From the NCBI RefSeq assembly GCF_009914755.1, contig NC_060925.1: 64,000 nt of DNA; one strand, 5' to 3'. The stretch comes from the human T2T-CHM13v2.0 reference genome, Homo sapiens. The position numbers and the translations under genes are program-made. Under the pieces are notes generated by a model, which made no database searches, was not told the origin of the DNA, and saw only the letters and a program-made list of their open reading frames with translations. Position 1 is the first letter of the stretch, and each line of letters starts with the position of its first letter. Positions 1 to 12,952 of this stretch are shown piece by piece.

Positions 1-925
1 TCTGACATAATATTTGGTTTGTTTCCACAACAATTTTGAGATACTTTATGGGAGGCTACAGCGTTGGGATGGATTATGCTCTCAGTACACAAAAATGAAT
101 ACATCTCATTCTACATCATTTGAGGGGAAAAATATTCACCTGGCTTTAAGTGAACTCTTCCCCAAATTTCCAAATATACCAGTAAATCATGGATGAAGAA
201 AAAACATGATGTCATTTGATGCACCAGTAATTTCTTCTAACATATAGGAAAACGCACGAAAGACTCATCCAGAGGTTACTCTCTCTACATAGCATCTCAG
301 ATTGGGTTTTAGGAAAAAAGAAACTTTACAAGCTAATATAAATATTCCTTTAACAGCTAAAGGAAACATAAAGTCCAGAAGCAATTATTTAATGGTATGC
401 ATATGCAAGAAAGAGTTGTCAGCAGAAGCATCTAGCACAGAAAGAACGCTCTGTCAGGGAGGTATATGCCAAACAAGCCAACTTAAATTCAGCCAGTCAG
501 CAAACAGGAATATCTGTCAGTTTGCAAGAGAATATTTTGCTTTCCTTGGACAAACAATGCTCTTCTTCTGTTATAAATGACATGACTTAGCTTGACATAA
601 CAAGGTGCTTTAAACAAAGGACTCACTTAAAGGAAGAAATATTTATTTGATTAACTTGAAGAAACTGAAACACGGTAAGATTGATATAAAGAGGCAAAAA
701 CAATCCTACTTAGAATAGCTAAGTATGAGCAGCAGATTGACATACACAGAAAACATTGCGATACACAAAGGGGAGAAATGCAGCCTGTGGCTGTCTTAAT
801 AATCCAGTTTAACTAACTGCAGGGCTAAATGTAACCAACTGTGGAGAAATCTCATTCTTGGTGGTAAACAAATAAAAATTGAGATAAACTAAAACTTGCT
901 TGTTTAATAGTCCTATAAAATTATT

Positions 926-1244
<319 letters not shown>

Positions 1245-1314
1245 TTAAACAACAGAGGTTTCACAGATTTCATCTACTTCAAGTTTATTCTTTATTACTA
1301 TCAGTAATATTAGT

Positions 1315-1500
1315 AATTAGCATGTCGCGACATCATGCTTAATGTTTTTATGTATAATTCTTACAAACTCCTCTAATTGAGGGACTGCACTTATCCTCAT
1401 TTCAGAGCTAAGAAATCTGTTAACAGATGTAGTCAATCGCCAATGTCATTTAGCTAGTAACTTAACCTAGAAGCCTGTGTCTAGACTTCTCACTTTTAAT
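1315..1500 (-). mobile_element. MIR SINE fragment
   Basis: Degenerate MIR core (ttatcctcatttcagagctaagaaa); boundaries approximate. Confidence 0.5.
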
Positions 1501-2413
1501 CATCTTATTGGTGAACATACTTTCAAACTGTTGGTAAAATTATTTTATCATGGTCATCACAAAACTAATATACAAAATTTTAATCATCTTTTTCTTGGGA
1601 ACTTAATCTTTTAGCTTGATAGAAGCTTTCTCTTCAAGTTTTATTCTATTTCGGTAAACACCTCTCATCATGAACTGAAGGACAGCTATTCAAATTTGGG
1701 AGGTAGCTACAAAAGCCTTTACTTTCTATGAGAGAAGTTTACAGTGATGCTTCACAATCAGTGGGCATTATTTACTGATAAATTATAATGGAATTCCAAT
1801 AGCATAACATATTTTATTCACATTAAAGTCAAATGAGCTCACTGTGATTAATGTAACTAGAGTGAATGCCAAATAAATTAATAGCAATTATCTACTCATT
1901 GTAAGGGTGGCTGATAATTAGTGCTATTACACAAAAAAGATACATTTTAAGCAATTATCATCATACATGCATTTGATACCATTACAACACTGATCAAGAT
2001 GAGTTCATTTGACAATCATGCAGCCAAAACACCTAAGTCCACCAAGTGTCTGTTTTAGGTTTGAGGAAAAAACGATTTTATTAAGGTCTTCCAATTCTAC
2101 TTAAATACACATGAAACATAATTATCTTTCCTGAATATATTATTTTAGTAATGTATGATCATAAATGGTATACTTTGGTCTTTTTTAGTGTAAGACGTTT
2201 TTATATTTACAAGGCAACATTCACACATTAAGACATTCAAACTAAGCTTAAACTCTAAAATATTTAAAGATTTTATTATTGATTATGATGCACATTCATT
2301 CATAATTCCGCATAATTTTGGACAATATACTTTAATGATGTGAGAAAATTTCAGAAAACATGAATGTATGTGACATATCTAATAACGGGCACTGCCCCAA
2401 AACAAGAATTTAA

Positions 2414-2753
<340 letters not shown>

Positions 2754-3167
2754 CTATCTCTCCCTTTTAACCTTGACAAAGATTTTGTGTTGCATACTTA
2801 ATTTATCTCTCTGTTACTGTGACCCTTCTGCTTCAGATGATGATTCTTATGCAACAACAAAAGTGATAAGTAAGTGGATCATTGTCATTCCCTCAGAAAT
2901 AAAATTAAAAAAAATTGTTAGGCCATAAGTATAGCTAGCATCTCTTTGTAATTAGGTATTTTATTTATTGTTGCAAAAAACACATAACATAAAATCTACC
3001 ATAAAAGTAGATTAAAAATATTGTTGACTATATACAAATTGTTGCATAATAGATCTCTAGAACTTAACTACGTAACTTTAATTTTACAAAAGTTTTACAT
3101 GTTCTTTGTTGCATTAATTTATTATATTTTCTTAGTGGAATGTTTATGTTAGAAAACCAGCTAGACT

Positions 3168-3466
<299 letters not shown>

Positions 3467-4254
3467 AGAAAACCAGCTAGACTGCAGATTTTAATTAATT
3501 CAGCCATGAATCAGGAAAGGCAAGAAGTGAAGTATGGACATCATTTAAAAGATAAAAGTCTTAAGGTTTATAGGGTTTGCATCCATCACAAAGCTCACTT
3601 CCATGAGTTCCCACCACAAGTAAAATGCCGCTGTTCCATTTTGCTTTCTGCAAGTCATTATTGACAAAGGAAACTACTCAGTGACACCAAACAGACCTGT
3701 ATTTGCTGAGTAACCTGACTCTTCTGGCACAAAATTATCTGTGAATGTGACATGATCTTCACTACCTCAATCTGAAAACTTCTGGTGTCTTTTAAGCAAG
3801 GAATATTCCTAGGAGAATTCTGTACTCACTGAAATGCTCTATTTGCTCTCATTAAATAATGAATTTGTTGGCTCTTGAGCAGAAAAAAGAAGGTTAATAG
3901 TTGTATTACTCATTTCCTTGAAAACTTCTTTTGATTAAAAAAAAGTGAAATAAAATATCCCACAGGAAGATTAGATTTTATTTATTGATGTGTTGTAATA
4001 GCTGCTGGAGAACGCAATCAGAGTTAACATGTTTAATATTTTTAGAGGAATGGGGAGGGTGGGGATAGAAACTTTAAAAAATTAAATTTCTGGGACTGCC
4101 AATGTACAAATCAACCGTATTTGAAAGTTTCTATTTGAAGTAATCGAAGTCAAGTAATTAGTGCTACATTTTCACAGTTTTAAATCACTTCACTCTTAAA
4201 AGTACTTAATGACACGTAAATAGTGAAGTTCTTAGAACCCTGGTTTGAACATGG

Positions 4255-4470
4255 GCCCTGGAGTCAGGCTACCCTGTCTGGAAGCCAATTCTGCCTCTTT
4301 CTAAGGGACCTTAGCCAAAGCTAATTAATTTATCTATGACTCAGTTTCCTCACCTGTAAAATGAGAGAAGGTATAATAGTTGTTCCTACCTCAGAGGTTT
4401 TTTATATGCTGAAATATAAACTTGGATCAGCTGCAAGCACATACCACTCATAAAACATTGTTACTCTTAT
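4255..4470 (+). mobile_element. MIR SINE
   Basis: ggagtcag...ctcagtttcctcacctgtaaaatgag MIR core. Confidence 0.75.
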
Positions 4471-4491
4471 TACTGGTTGGTTATCTAAACC

Positions 4492-4715
4492 AGGGGAAAA
4501 TAAATTGTAGCCCCTGGTCTGGATGTAGCTTAATGCCTGTTTTTTCGTTTTGTTTTGTTTTTGGTTTTTTTTGTCTATAAATTTTATTGAAACACAGCCA
4601 CACCCATGTTGACAATGTCTGCTTTTAGTCAATGGTTGAGGTGAGTAGATCCAAGGGGATATTATGGCCTAAAAAAATACTGTTTGACATTTACAAAGAA
4701 AGTTTGCTAATCCTG
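4492..4715 (+). mobile_element. MER58A-like hAT-Charlie MITE
   Basis: CAGGGG start, ataaaattttattgaaacacagccacacccat core, aaagtttgctaatcctg end. Confidence 0.75.
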
Positions 4716-5189
4716 GAACTCTGTGGAGGTTGACATTGGGTCCCTCTTAATGAAGCTTCAGAGATACTGCCATTAGTCCAAACAATCCAAAGGGGATGCT
4801 AGAAAGGAAGAAACCTAAATGAATGCAAAGTGCTTAAGATCAGAGTACTCTGAAGAATGTATTAGCATAAAGTACTAAATGTGTAATTTTTATAGTCTCT
4901 ATTATTCAATGACTTTCAGTTTCATCTAAGAACCTCCTTGCATTCAATCAAGGGTGTAACACTCTGGGAAATTCAGAATTTCTTGGATAATACACATTTT
5001 GTCCTTAGCCATGTGAATTTCCTCATGGACTTCTTTCTGACCTGAATGATCTTCTCACTTACCTATATGTTGCATAGTCAACAGGCACAAGAACCAGGAT
5101 TAAAACTCACAAAACTCTTTAACTTGTTAAAGTGTGCCCTGGGCTGACAGACAAAATGAACTACCCATGGCTAACTGAGGTGCTAAAAA

Positions 5190-5654
5190 TGAAAACAGAA
5201 CCAGGTGGCTACAGCTGGATGAGGGAGCGTTTACATACTTTTCATTATCAGGAAGATGTAGAGGTGTCACAGGACCTCCCTGTCTACAATCAAGCCAAAG
5301 CAGTTTCTATTGTCAATGCCAAGATTAACTGTGTCCCGAACCATACCCCTCTCTCCCACCACTGGCTGTTTGAAAGAAACATCTGACAGAAACTTCTGAT
5401 TTGGGGCATAGAGACTACCCAATTAGGGCTCAACTATTTTGACCAATCACAACTGAACAAGTTTGAAATTTTCATTTGCATAAACAGATCTGCTTGAGAA
5501 ACTGGATGAGAACTTTCCCTGTTTAAGCCAGCTCCTCCCTTTGTTCTTCAGAGCACAATTTTACTTGTATTGAAGTCTGTGCCTCCCTAATCTAGAGACT
5601 GTTTTTTATAGAAAATAAGGCTCTCCCTTTTTTCCTCTGCAAATCTCAAGGTCT
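5190..5654 (+). mobile_element. Old ERV1-class 5' LTR (MER110/MER89-like; subfamily uncertain)
   Basis: CCAAT boxes, ATTTGCAT octamer, degenerate polyA signal (aataag), immediately followed by a tRNA PBS; 5' boundary approximate. Confidence 0.55.
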
Positions 5655-5672
5655 TGGTGATGAGGATGGAAT
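5655..5672 (+). promoter_or_regulatory. Retroviral primer-binding site, tRNA-Ser(GCU)-type
   Basis: TGGTGATGAGGATGGAAT vs TGGCGACGAGGATGGGAT (15/18; two mismatches are CpG decay). Confidence 0.65.
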
Positions 5673-5779
5673 CTGAAGTGACCCCTGTGCTTTTCCCAAC
5701 ACTATCTGGCCCAAGGCATTAGTGCCCACAAGAGCCGTTTGAACTATTATATTCCTGGCTGTGCTGGGAAGGACTTGGG

Positions 5780-6709
5780 CATAAAATAAAAGTAAAAACC
5801 CAAGCCCCCACACCAAGTGAATAGCCCCTCTCTTGACCGTGGAGACCTCAGATAAATTGTAAAAGCTGAGTTTCCAGCCATGACAGAATAAGAGCTCAGG
5901 CATGCCTCATTATCCTCCCTCCCTTTTGCAGTTTAGACATAAAAACTGACTGGCATTAATGTTAAAATAGAGCTCTTAAGACTGACAGAATGGACTCTTT
6001 AAGGCAATGAAATACCAAACTATAAAGAAGAACTAAGGTCATGCCAGGCAAGGGTTAAGTCACACACCCCGACACTTAAAGAATAAACTATGCTCTCACT
6101 GCCACAAGGTTTTTCTTTTTTCCTAGCAGCTAAACAAGGACTGGTCTTGGGATAAACAATAGCGAAACAGTTGTAGCTCACCAACCATTAGACACTGACT
6201 AACAGATGCTCCACTTCCCTATTCTATTAGCCGTAACTACAGCTTTGGTTGGACAAGAGACCGATTTCAGTAACTCTCTCCTGATAAAAAGACCACTCAC
6301 TATGGGCTGGTTCTGGCTAGTTTGTAGACGCTGAGAACTTGAGTGCATTTGTGTCCTGAAATGACATATTTACATATATTTTTATGTATAGGGCCTAATT
6401 GTAATACATTTAAATGTTAAGCCCCTGCTCCCAAATGAACATAGGTCATATATCATATGTATGTTTGTTCAATACTCATGTGTCAGGACATATCTCATCC
6501 TATAATCAGTTGAGTATGTATACTTGGCCAGCCCATTTAGCCTAAATCCCTTCCCAAACCCCTCCCTTTTCAAAGTGACTATTTCCAGGTCTCTACTGGA
6601 AGCTGCACTTCCTAGACTATCAGGCTAGCCACACTGCAAGCTGTAACCCTTTACAAGAAATAAAGTCTCCTTTTCTAAGCTTATAATTCTTGTGATTTTT
6701 AAGTTAACA
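5780..6709 (+). mobile_element. MER4D-like ERV1 solo LTR inserted in the older ERV leader
   Basis: MER4-family motifs (catgcctcattat, aagactgacagaa, aaggtcatgccaggcaagggttaagtcac), AATAAA ~6659, ends TTAACA; 4-bp TSD TGGG at 5776-5779 and 6710-6713. Confidence 0.8.
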
Positions 6710-6713
6710 TGGG

Positions 6714-7198
6714 TAAGCCCTCTTAGATCCAAGATTGCTCATTTTTAGGACAGTGTCTCAGACACTATTTCCTCCAGGAAGCCTGCCCATCTGGCTCCAG
6801 GGAGTACGCATTTGTGGAGTATGCTCGCACTTTATGATGTATGCTTGCACTTTGCGGGTTACTCTCATGCTTCATGGGATATGCCCACACTTCAGTTTTG
6901 CAGGAACACTCACACTTTAGTTGCACTTGAAGAAATGCCTTCATAAAGTGAATAATATGGGTAACCTAGGTCCTAAGGGAAAGGTCTCTGACCAGCCACC
7001 ATCAGATATTCCAGCAGCTTGATCTCCAACCAACCAACAACATCTGGTACTCCAGGGGTATTTCAAATTTAAAATGTAAAGATTAAGGCTAGATAAAAAT
7101 GATCCAAGAGATGCATCTAAATTGAACTATCAATACATGCAATTAAAACAAAGAGGAGTCTGGATTTTTCAAAGATAGAGGCTTTCTTTTAATTAGGA
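6714..7198 (+). mobile_element. ERV1 internal remnant (leader plus decayed gag N-terminus)
   Basis: Continues after the MER4D TSD; ATG at 6957 reads MGNLGPKGKVSDQPPSDIPAA*, resembling a myristoylated gamma-type Gag start. Confidence 0.5.
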
Positions 7199-7804
7199 CT
7201 TTTAAAAAAATATATTTTATTTTTTATTATCATGGGCTCATAATTATTATAAATATATATGAGGTACATGTGATGATATTTTGATACAGGCATACAATAT
7301 GTAATAATCAAATCAGGGTAATTGGGTTATCCATTACCTTAAACATTTATCATTCCTTTGGGTTACAAACATTCCAATTCTATTTAGTTGTTTTAAAATA
7401 TAACAAGTAATTAGCTATAGCCATCCTATCATGCTACTGAATACTAGATCTTATTCTATCTAACTGTATTTTTATACCCATAACCATCCCTACTTTATTC
7501 TCCCCTCCCCACTACCCTTCTTAGTGTCTGCTAAACATCATTCTACTCACTAGCTCTATCAGTTCAATTTTTAGTTTTCTTTAGCTCCCATGTATGAGTG
7601 AGAACAGGCGATAATTGTCTTTCTGTGCCTGGCTTATTTCACTTAACATAATGTCCTCCAGTTCTATCCATATTGTTGCAAATGACAGGATTTCATTTGT
7701 TTTTTTTTTATAGCTGAATAATATTCCATTGTGTATAAGTGCACGTTTTCTTTATCCATTCATCTTTGATGGACACTTAGGTTGATTGCATAGCTGGCTA
7801 TTTT

Positions 7805-8573
7805 TTCTTTTTTTTATTTTTATTTTTTTTTATTATTATTACACTTTAAGTTTTAGGGTACATGTGCACAATGTGCAGGTTAGTTACATATGTATACATG
7901 TGCCGTGCTGGTGTGCTGCACCCATTAACTCGTCATTTAGCATTAGGTATATCTCTTAATGCTATCCCTCCCCCATCCCCCCACCCCACAACAGTCCCCA
8001 GAGTGTGATGTTCCCCTTCCTGTGTCCATGTGTTCTCATTGTTCAATTCCCATCTATGAGTGAGAACATGCGGTGTTTGGTTTTTTGTCCTTGCGATAGT
8101 TTACTGAGAATGATGATTTCCAATTTCATCCATGTCCCTACAAAGGACGTGAACTCATCATTTTTAATGGCTGCATAGTATTCCATGGTGTATATGTGCC
8201 ACATTTTCTTAATCCAGTCTATTGTTGTTGGACATTTGGGTTGGTTCCAAGTCTTTGCTATTGTGAATAGTGCCTCAATAAACATACGTGTGCATGTGTC
8301 TTTATAGCAGCATGATTTATAATCCTTTGGGTATATACCCAGTAATGGGATGGCTGGGTCAAATGGTATTTCTAGTTCTAGATCCCCGAGGAATCGCCAC
8401 ACTGACTTCCACAATGGTTGAACTAGTTTACAGTCCCACCAACAGTGTAAAAGTGTTCCTATTTCTCCACATCCTCTCCAGCACCTGTTGCTTCCTGACT
8501 TTTTAATGATCGCCATTCTAACTGGTGTGAGATGGTATCTCATTGTGGTTTTGATTTGCATTTCTCTGATAGC
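7805..8573 (-). mobile_element. 5'-truncated young L1PA (PA3/PA4-like) 3' end
   Basis: Poly-T tail, L1PA 3'UTR, open ORF2 C-terminal CCHC segment (8043-8576); perfect 16-bp TSD CATAGCTGGCTATTTT at 7789-7804 and 8574-8589. Confidence 0.95.
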
Positions 8574-9788
8574 CATAGCTGGCTATTTTGAATAATGCTG
8601 CAATGAACATGGGAGTGCATATATCCTTTTGATATACCGATTTTCTTTCTTTCGGATATATATGCAGCAGTGGAATTCCTGGATCATATGGTAGTTATGT
8701 TTTCAGGTTTTTCTAAGGATCTCCCATACTGTCCCATAGTGATTGTACTAATTTACATTGCCACCAGCAGTGTACAAAGGTTCCCCTTTCTCCACATTCT
8801 CACCAACATTCATTATTGCTCTCTTTTGGACAAAAGCCATTTTAACTGGGATCAGATAACAACTCTGTAGTTTTGATTTGCATCTCTCTGATGATTAGGG
8901 ATGTTGAACATTATTTTGTATAACTGTTGGCCACTTCTTTTAGGAAATGTCTATTCAAATTTTTGCCTATTTTTAATTATATTATTTGTTTTTTTTTTTT
9001 TACTGTAGAGTCGTTTGAAGTCCTTATATATTCAGGTCATTAATCCTTTGTTAGTGGGTAGTTTGCAAATATTTTATCCAATTCTGTGAGTTAGCTTTTC
9101 ATTTTGTTTATTGTTTCCTTTACCGGACAGAAGATTTTTAGCTTTATGTGATCTCATATGTCCATTTTTGCATTGGCTGCCAGAGTTTTGAGGATTTATT
9201 CCAAAAATCTTTGCCTAGAACAATGTCCTAGTGTGTTTTATCAGTGTTTTCTTCTAGTAGCTTCATAGCTTCAGATATTAGATTAAGTTTTAAAGACATT
9301 TCTATTTGATTATGTAAATGGTGAGGGATTGGGTTCTAATTTTATCCTTCTGCATATGGATATCCAGTTTTCCTAGTAACATTTATTGAAGAGACTGTCC
9401 TTTCCTCAATGTTTGTTCTTGGTCTCTTTGTCAAAGATGAGTTGACTGTAAATGCATGGATTTATTTCTGGGTGCTTTATTCTGTTCTTTTAGTCTGTGT
9501 GTTTTTATGCCAGCACCATACTGTTTTGGTTACTATAGCTTCATAGTATTATTTGAAGTAATGTGATTCTCCAGTTTTGTTGTTTATGCTCAGCATGTCT
9601 TTCGGTATTCTGGCTCTTTTGTGGTTTCATATAAATTTTAGAATTATGTTTTCTATTTCTCTGAAGGATGTCATTGGTATTCTGAGAGAGATTGCATTGA
9701 ATCTACAGATTACTTTGGGTAGTATGGACATTTTAATAATTATTATTCTTCCAATCTATGAATATGAAATATCTTTCCTTTTGTGTTC

Positions 9789-12700
9789 TTTTTTTAAACT
9801 TGTGAAGTGTTTTTAATAGCAGGTGTTTTCTATAGTATGTTGCTGGAAATCAAGAGGTTTATTAGCATGATACATGTTCAGAAATGAGTTAGACACTTGA
9901 AAAGTCTAAACACACTGATTTAGGAGTGCATATGTTGCAATCTCAAGAGGGCTTAATAGGCCATATGGACTAAGTTAATGCTTGCCTCCGGGTAGCAGGT
10001 ATGCTTGTAAATATAAAATAGTATTAGACATTAGCACCAGTGCAGAACATGCTCAGCATCATAAGATCCAAAACACCAGCACAAGTTTATCCATCATTAA
10101 AAAACAATTACCTCCTTCCTAAAATGTCAGAATAGTAGGTAACAGATTAATAAATTCAATCCAAATGAATAACTCTTGTACATACAATTTCTCTTTTAGA
10201 AGTATATGTGAGAACCAATTGGCTAAATAGACATGTTTAACATTGAAGATCTCCAATATTTTTTAAACTGGACATTGCCATACACAGGGGGAACATGACT
10301 GAAAATAAAGTGACAAAAGATTCTTAAAACTTTTTTAAAATTCCTTCCCTGTTTATCAATAAATATGGCAAAATAATAAAAGAAAATCCTAGAAAGCCTG
10401 TTTTATTCATCATTCTTTCTATGTATGTTTTAATAAGTGGTGATGCTCCCATTGAAGGAATCCATTATTAACCTAATTTTCTAATGGAGGAAGAGAGAAA
10501 AGATAATTATCACTTTCTGTGGAATAAATACTCATCAACTTCGAACTAAATAATAGCAATCTAGGAAATTCAGAAACAGCAAAGATTTTTGGTTTATATT
10601 TCATGGATGGTGCTGCTGTTCCAGCCTTATAAAGTAAAGCTGTCAGCTTTCCAAATTCCAAAAATTAAAATACTATCCCATTTCACCATACTAGCTAGTG
10701 CCCGTTGGGTCTGTTTAGAACAAGGAAGGGTTACAGAGTTGTCAGTTATGCATGTACTATTTTGATTTCACGTCCCTTCACACACAGAAATCATACCAAA
10801 TGGCAAGACACTGCTTTTGCATAACAATTTATTACACATTAGCCAAATCAACTTATTTCACCTACCCAGTGTGAGGGGGCAAAAAAACCTTACCTACAAA
10901 ACTACTTGACTTGACAGGATGTGTTTATTAATAAGTAGCTTAAACAACTTTCACCAATAAGGTGAGTAACTTGGCTTTTTAAATGGGAAAGTCACATATT
11001 TAAAAAGTAAACATAGTTGAAATGGTAAATCAGTTATAATTTGAACCTAATGAACCATGCAAGCAGCAAGGGTTAATAAACCAATGTGCTTTAAATTTGT
11101 TCAAGTACTGATATTTCTGTATACAAAGATTTAGCATATATATTCAACAGCCATCATGAGAAGTAAAAAAAGATTTTTTCCCAAAATGAAAATATTAAAA
11201 CTAAATTAAAATACACATAGTTTTTCACACAAGATAAAATTTGACAAGTGAAAGTTTAACACGTCCCAGTTGACCACATGTGAAAATGCAAAGCAGGTAT
11301 TAAAACTGGTATGTCCAAGATTTAAAACCAGTTTGTAATTGGGGGATCATCTAAATACTTAATTAAAAAACACAAATGAACTGAAAGCTTTAAACTGGTA
11401 CACACTGTTCACATCTATATTTCAAATTTAGAAATGCATATTTGCATGCAGCAATAAAAAAGTATTCATGAAGAACGCATCATCTCTGAAAATTATGAAA
11501 ACATCCCTGCTACCAATATATTTCTAAATACAAAATTGACTACCACATTTGTTTCTTCTGTGTAGCAAGAGGAGTTCATTTTTACAACTGATAAAATTCA
11601 GTCTTTAGGTGTGAATGGCATGAATGACAGTCTTTTTAAAAAAATTTCTTAGTCATTTGGAATCCTTAAGCATGCAAAAACTTTGAACAGAAAGGTTCAC
11701 AGACGAACCAGGGTTGTCTCATGGTATCCAGCTAAGCCAGAGCTGGGAATGCCTCTGGGTCATCCGCATGAGGAGCAGAAGCACTTTACTTGTCAGTCCT
11801 GCTGCCACAGTTCAGACGTCTGCCACACCCACGTCTACCTTGTCCTCCCTCGCCATCATGTTCTGGGCAGCCAAGTTCTCCAAAATTAATCTTCAACTGA
11901 GACATTACATCATTTGCTGGCTTCTGGAAAAGATGGTCCATAACAGAGTCTGCAGCATGAGCCTCTTCACTCTGATTTATGAAAAACATATTTCATCTTC
12001 CACTGCCCTTCAGCAGCTTCATTTGGTTTTCAGATATTAAATTCCACTTTGCCCACTCCATATTTTCAATAGCCTTCAACTCATCCAAAATCATCTCTTT
12101 AGGACCCTCTTTCTTTACCTCTTCAACTTCACTCTCCTTATTTTCAGTGTCTGCCACTGGATGTTCTTCACCTACAGATGTTGCCTCAGTCACATTTGAT
12201 CAATCCAAATCTGTTAATTCATCTTTAACAGTTCCCCAGTAGTGAGGTCTATTACCTCCATGTTTGTCCTTGTGCTTCAGGACAGATCTATCACTTCCAC
12301 TATGCCTATAAAATTCACATTTGCCATGGGAATCGAATCCATCTCCTCAGCCCATTCCATGTCTGCAGCCCCCTCAACTTCTTCTAAGACCACCACGGCC
12401 TCAAATAGGTCAGTCAATAATCAGTCTATCAACTGAAAATTTGCCTCCACCCTTTTCTTCAAGTGGCTTTTCAAATCTTTGTTCTAGAGGTGATCGTCTC
12501 TCTGGTCTTCTATTATTTTTCCTTCAACCTGAAGTTGTTGATCAGGTCTTCTACCAACTCACCTTATTCCTTCTTTCTTAAGCACGATGAGCACCTGTGT
12601 CTCCTCTTTCTTGTCAACCATGCCAATGCTGGGGTGCAGTGGTTTCTTGTGGTCTTTCTGGGACTCTATACACAACTGTTTGCCTGCCATGTTGGAGGGC

Positions 12701-12952
12701 CTGAGCTGTGCTCTTGGCCCCAGGGCCCCCAGTGTCACCCCCGCTGCCATTTATTTTTTGTTCTCCCCTGCCTTCAGCACCTCAAAGAGGTCCACTTCAT
12801 CATCAAACAACTGGTCAAACTGGTTGGTGACCATGCAGCCAAAGCCTGCCTGTAAGTGTCCAGGCATCATGGTGGCTCAGCGACATATTCCTCCATGGGT
12901 TGCAACAGGCTATGCCAAGCCAAGATCTCCTGCTTCAGCTCTTCCTACAAGA
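9789..12952 (-). pseudogene. SERBP1: Processed pseudogene of SERBP1 (SERPINE1 mRNA-binding protein 1 / PAI-RBP1): 5'UTR, disrupted CDS (~12867 to 11732), ~1.9 kb 3'UTR
   Basis: Minus strand reads [80 protein letters not shown] and ..FPALA*; intronless; multiple frameshifts; ATTAAA at 9812-9817 then a short polyA (9789-9795); degenerate TSD tcctttt-gtgttc / tccattttttatgttc in the host L1. Confidence 0.95.

Noticed and set aside
1-925. Possible exons in apparently unique sequence (ORFs 14-196, 302-580; also 43634-44011)
   Set aside because: Short, no recognisable protein similarity and no convincing splice-site pairs; conservation data would be needed
5655-5672. tRNA gene fragments (also 40445-40462)
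   Set aside because: Only 18-nt complements of tRNA 3' ends next to LTRs, i.e. primer-binding sites
6811-6916. CRISPR-like periodic array
   Set aside because: No spacers, degenerate units, mammalian ERV context, no cas genes
8043-8576. 177-aa open reading frame
   Set aside because: C-terminal L1 ORF2 in a 5'-truncated young insertion; no promoter or true start, open only because it is young
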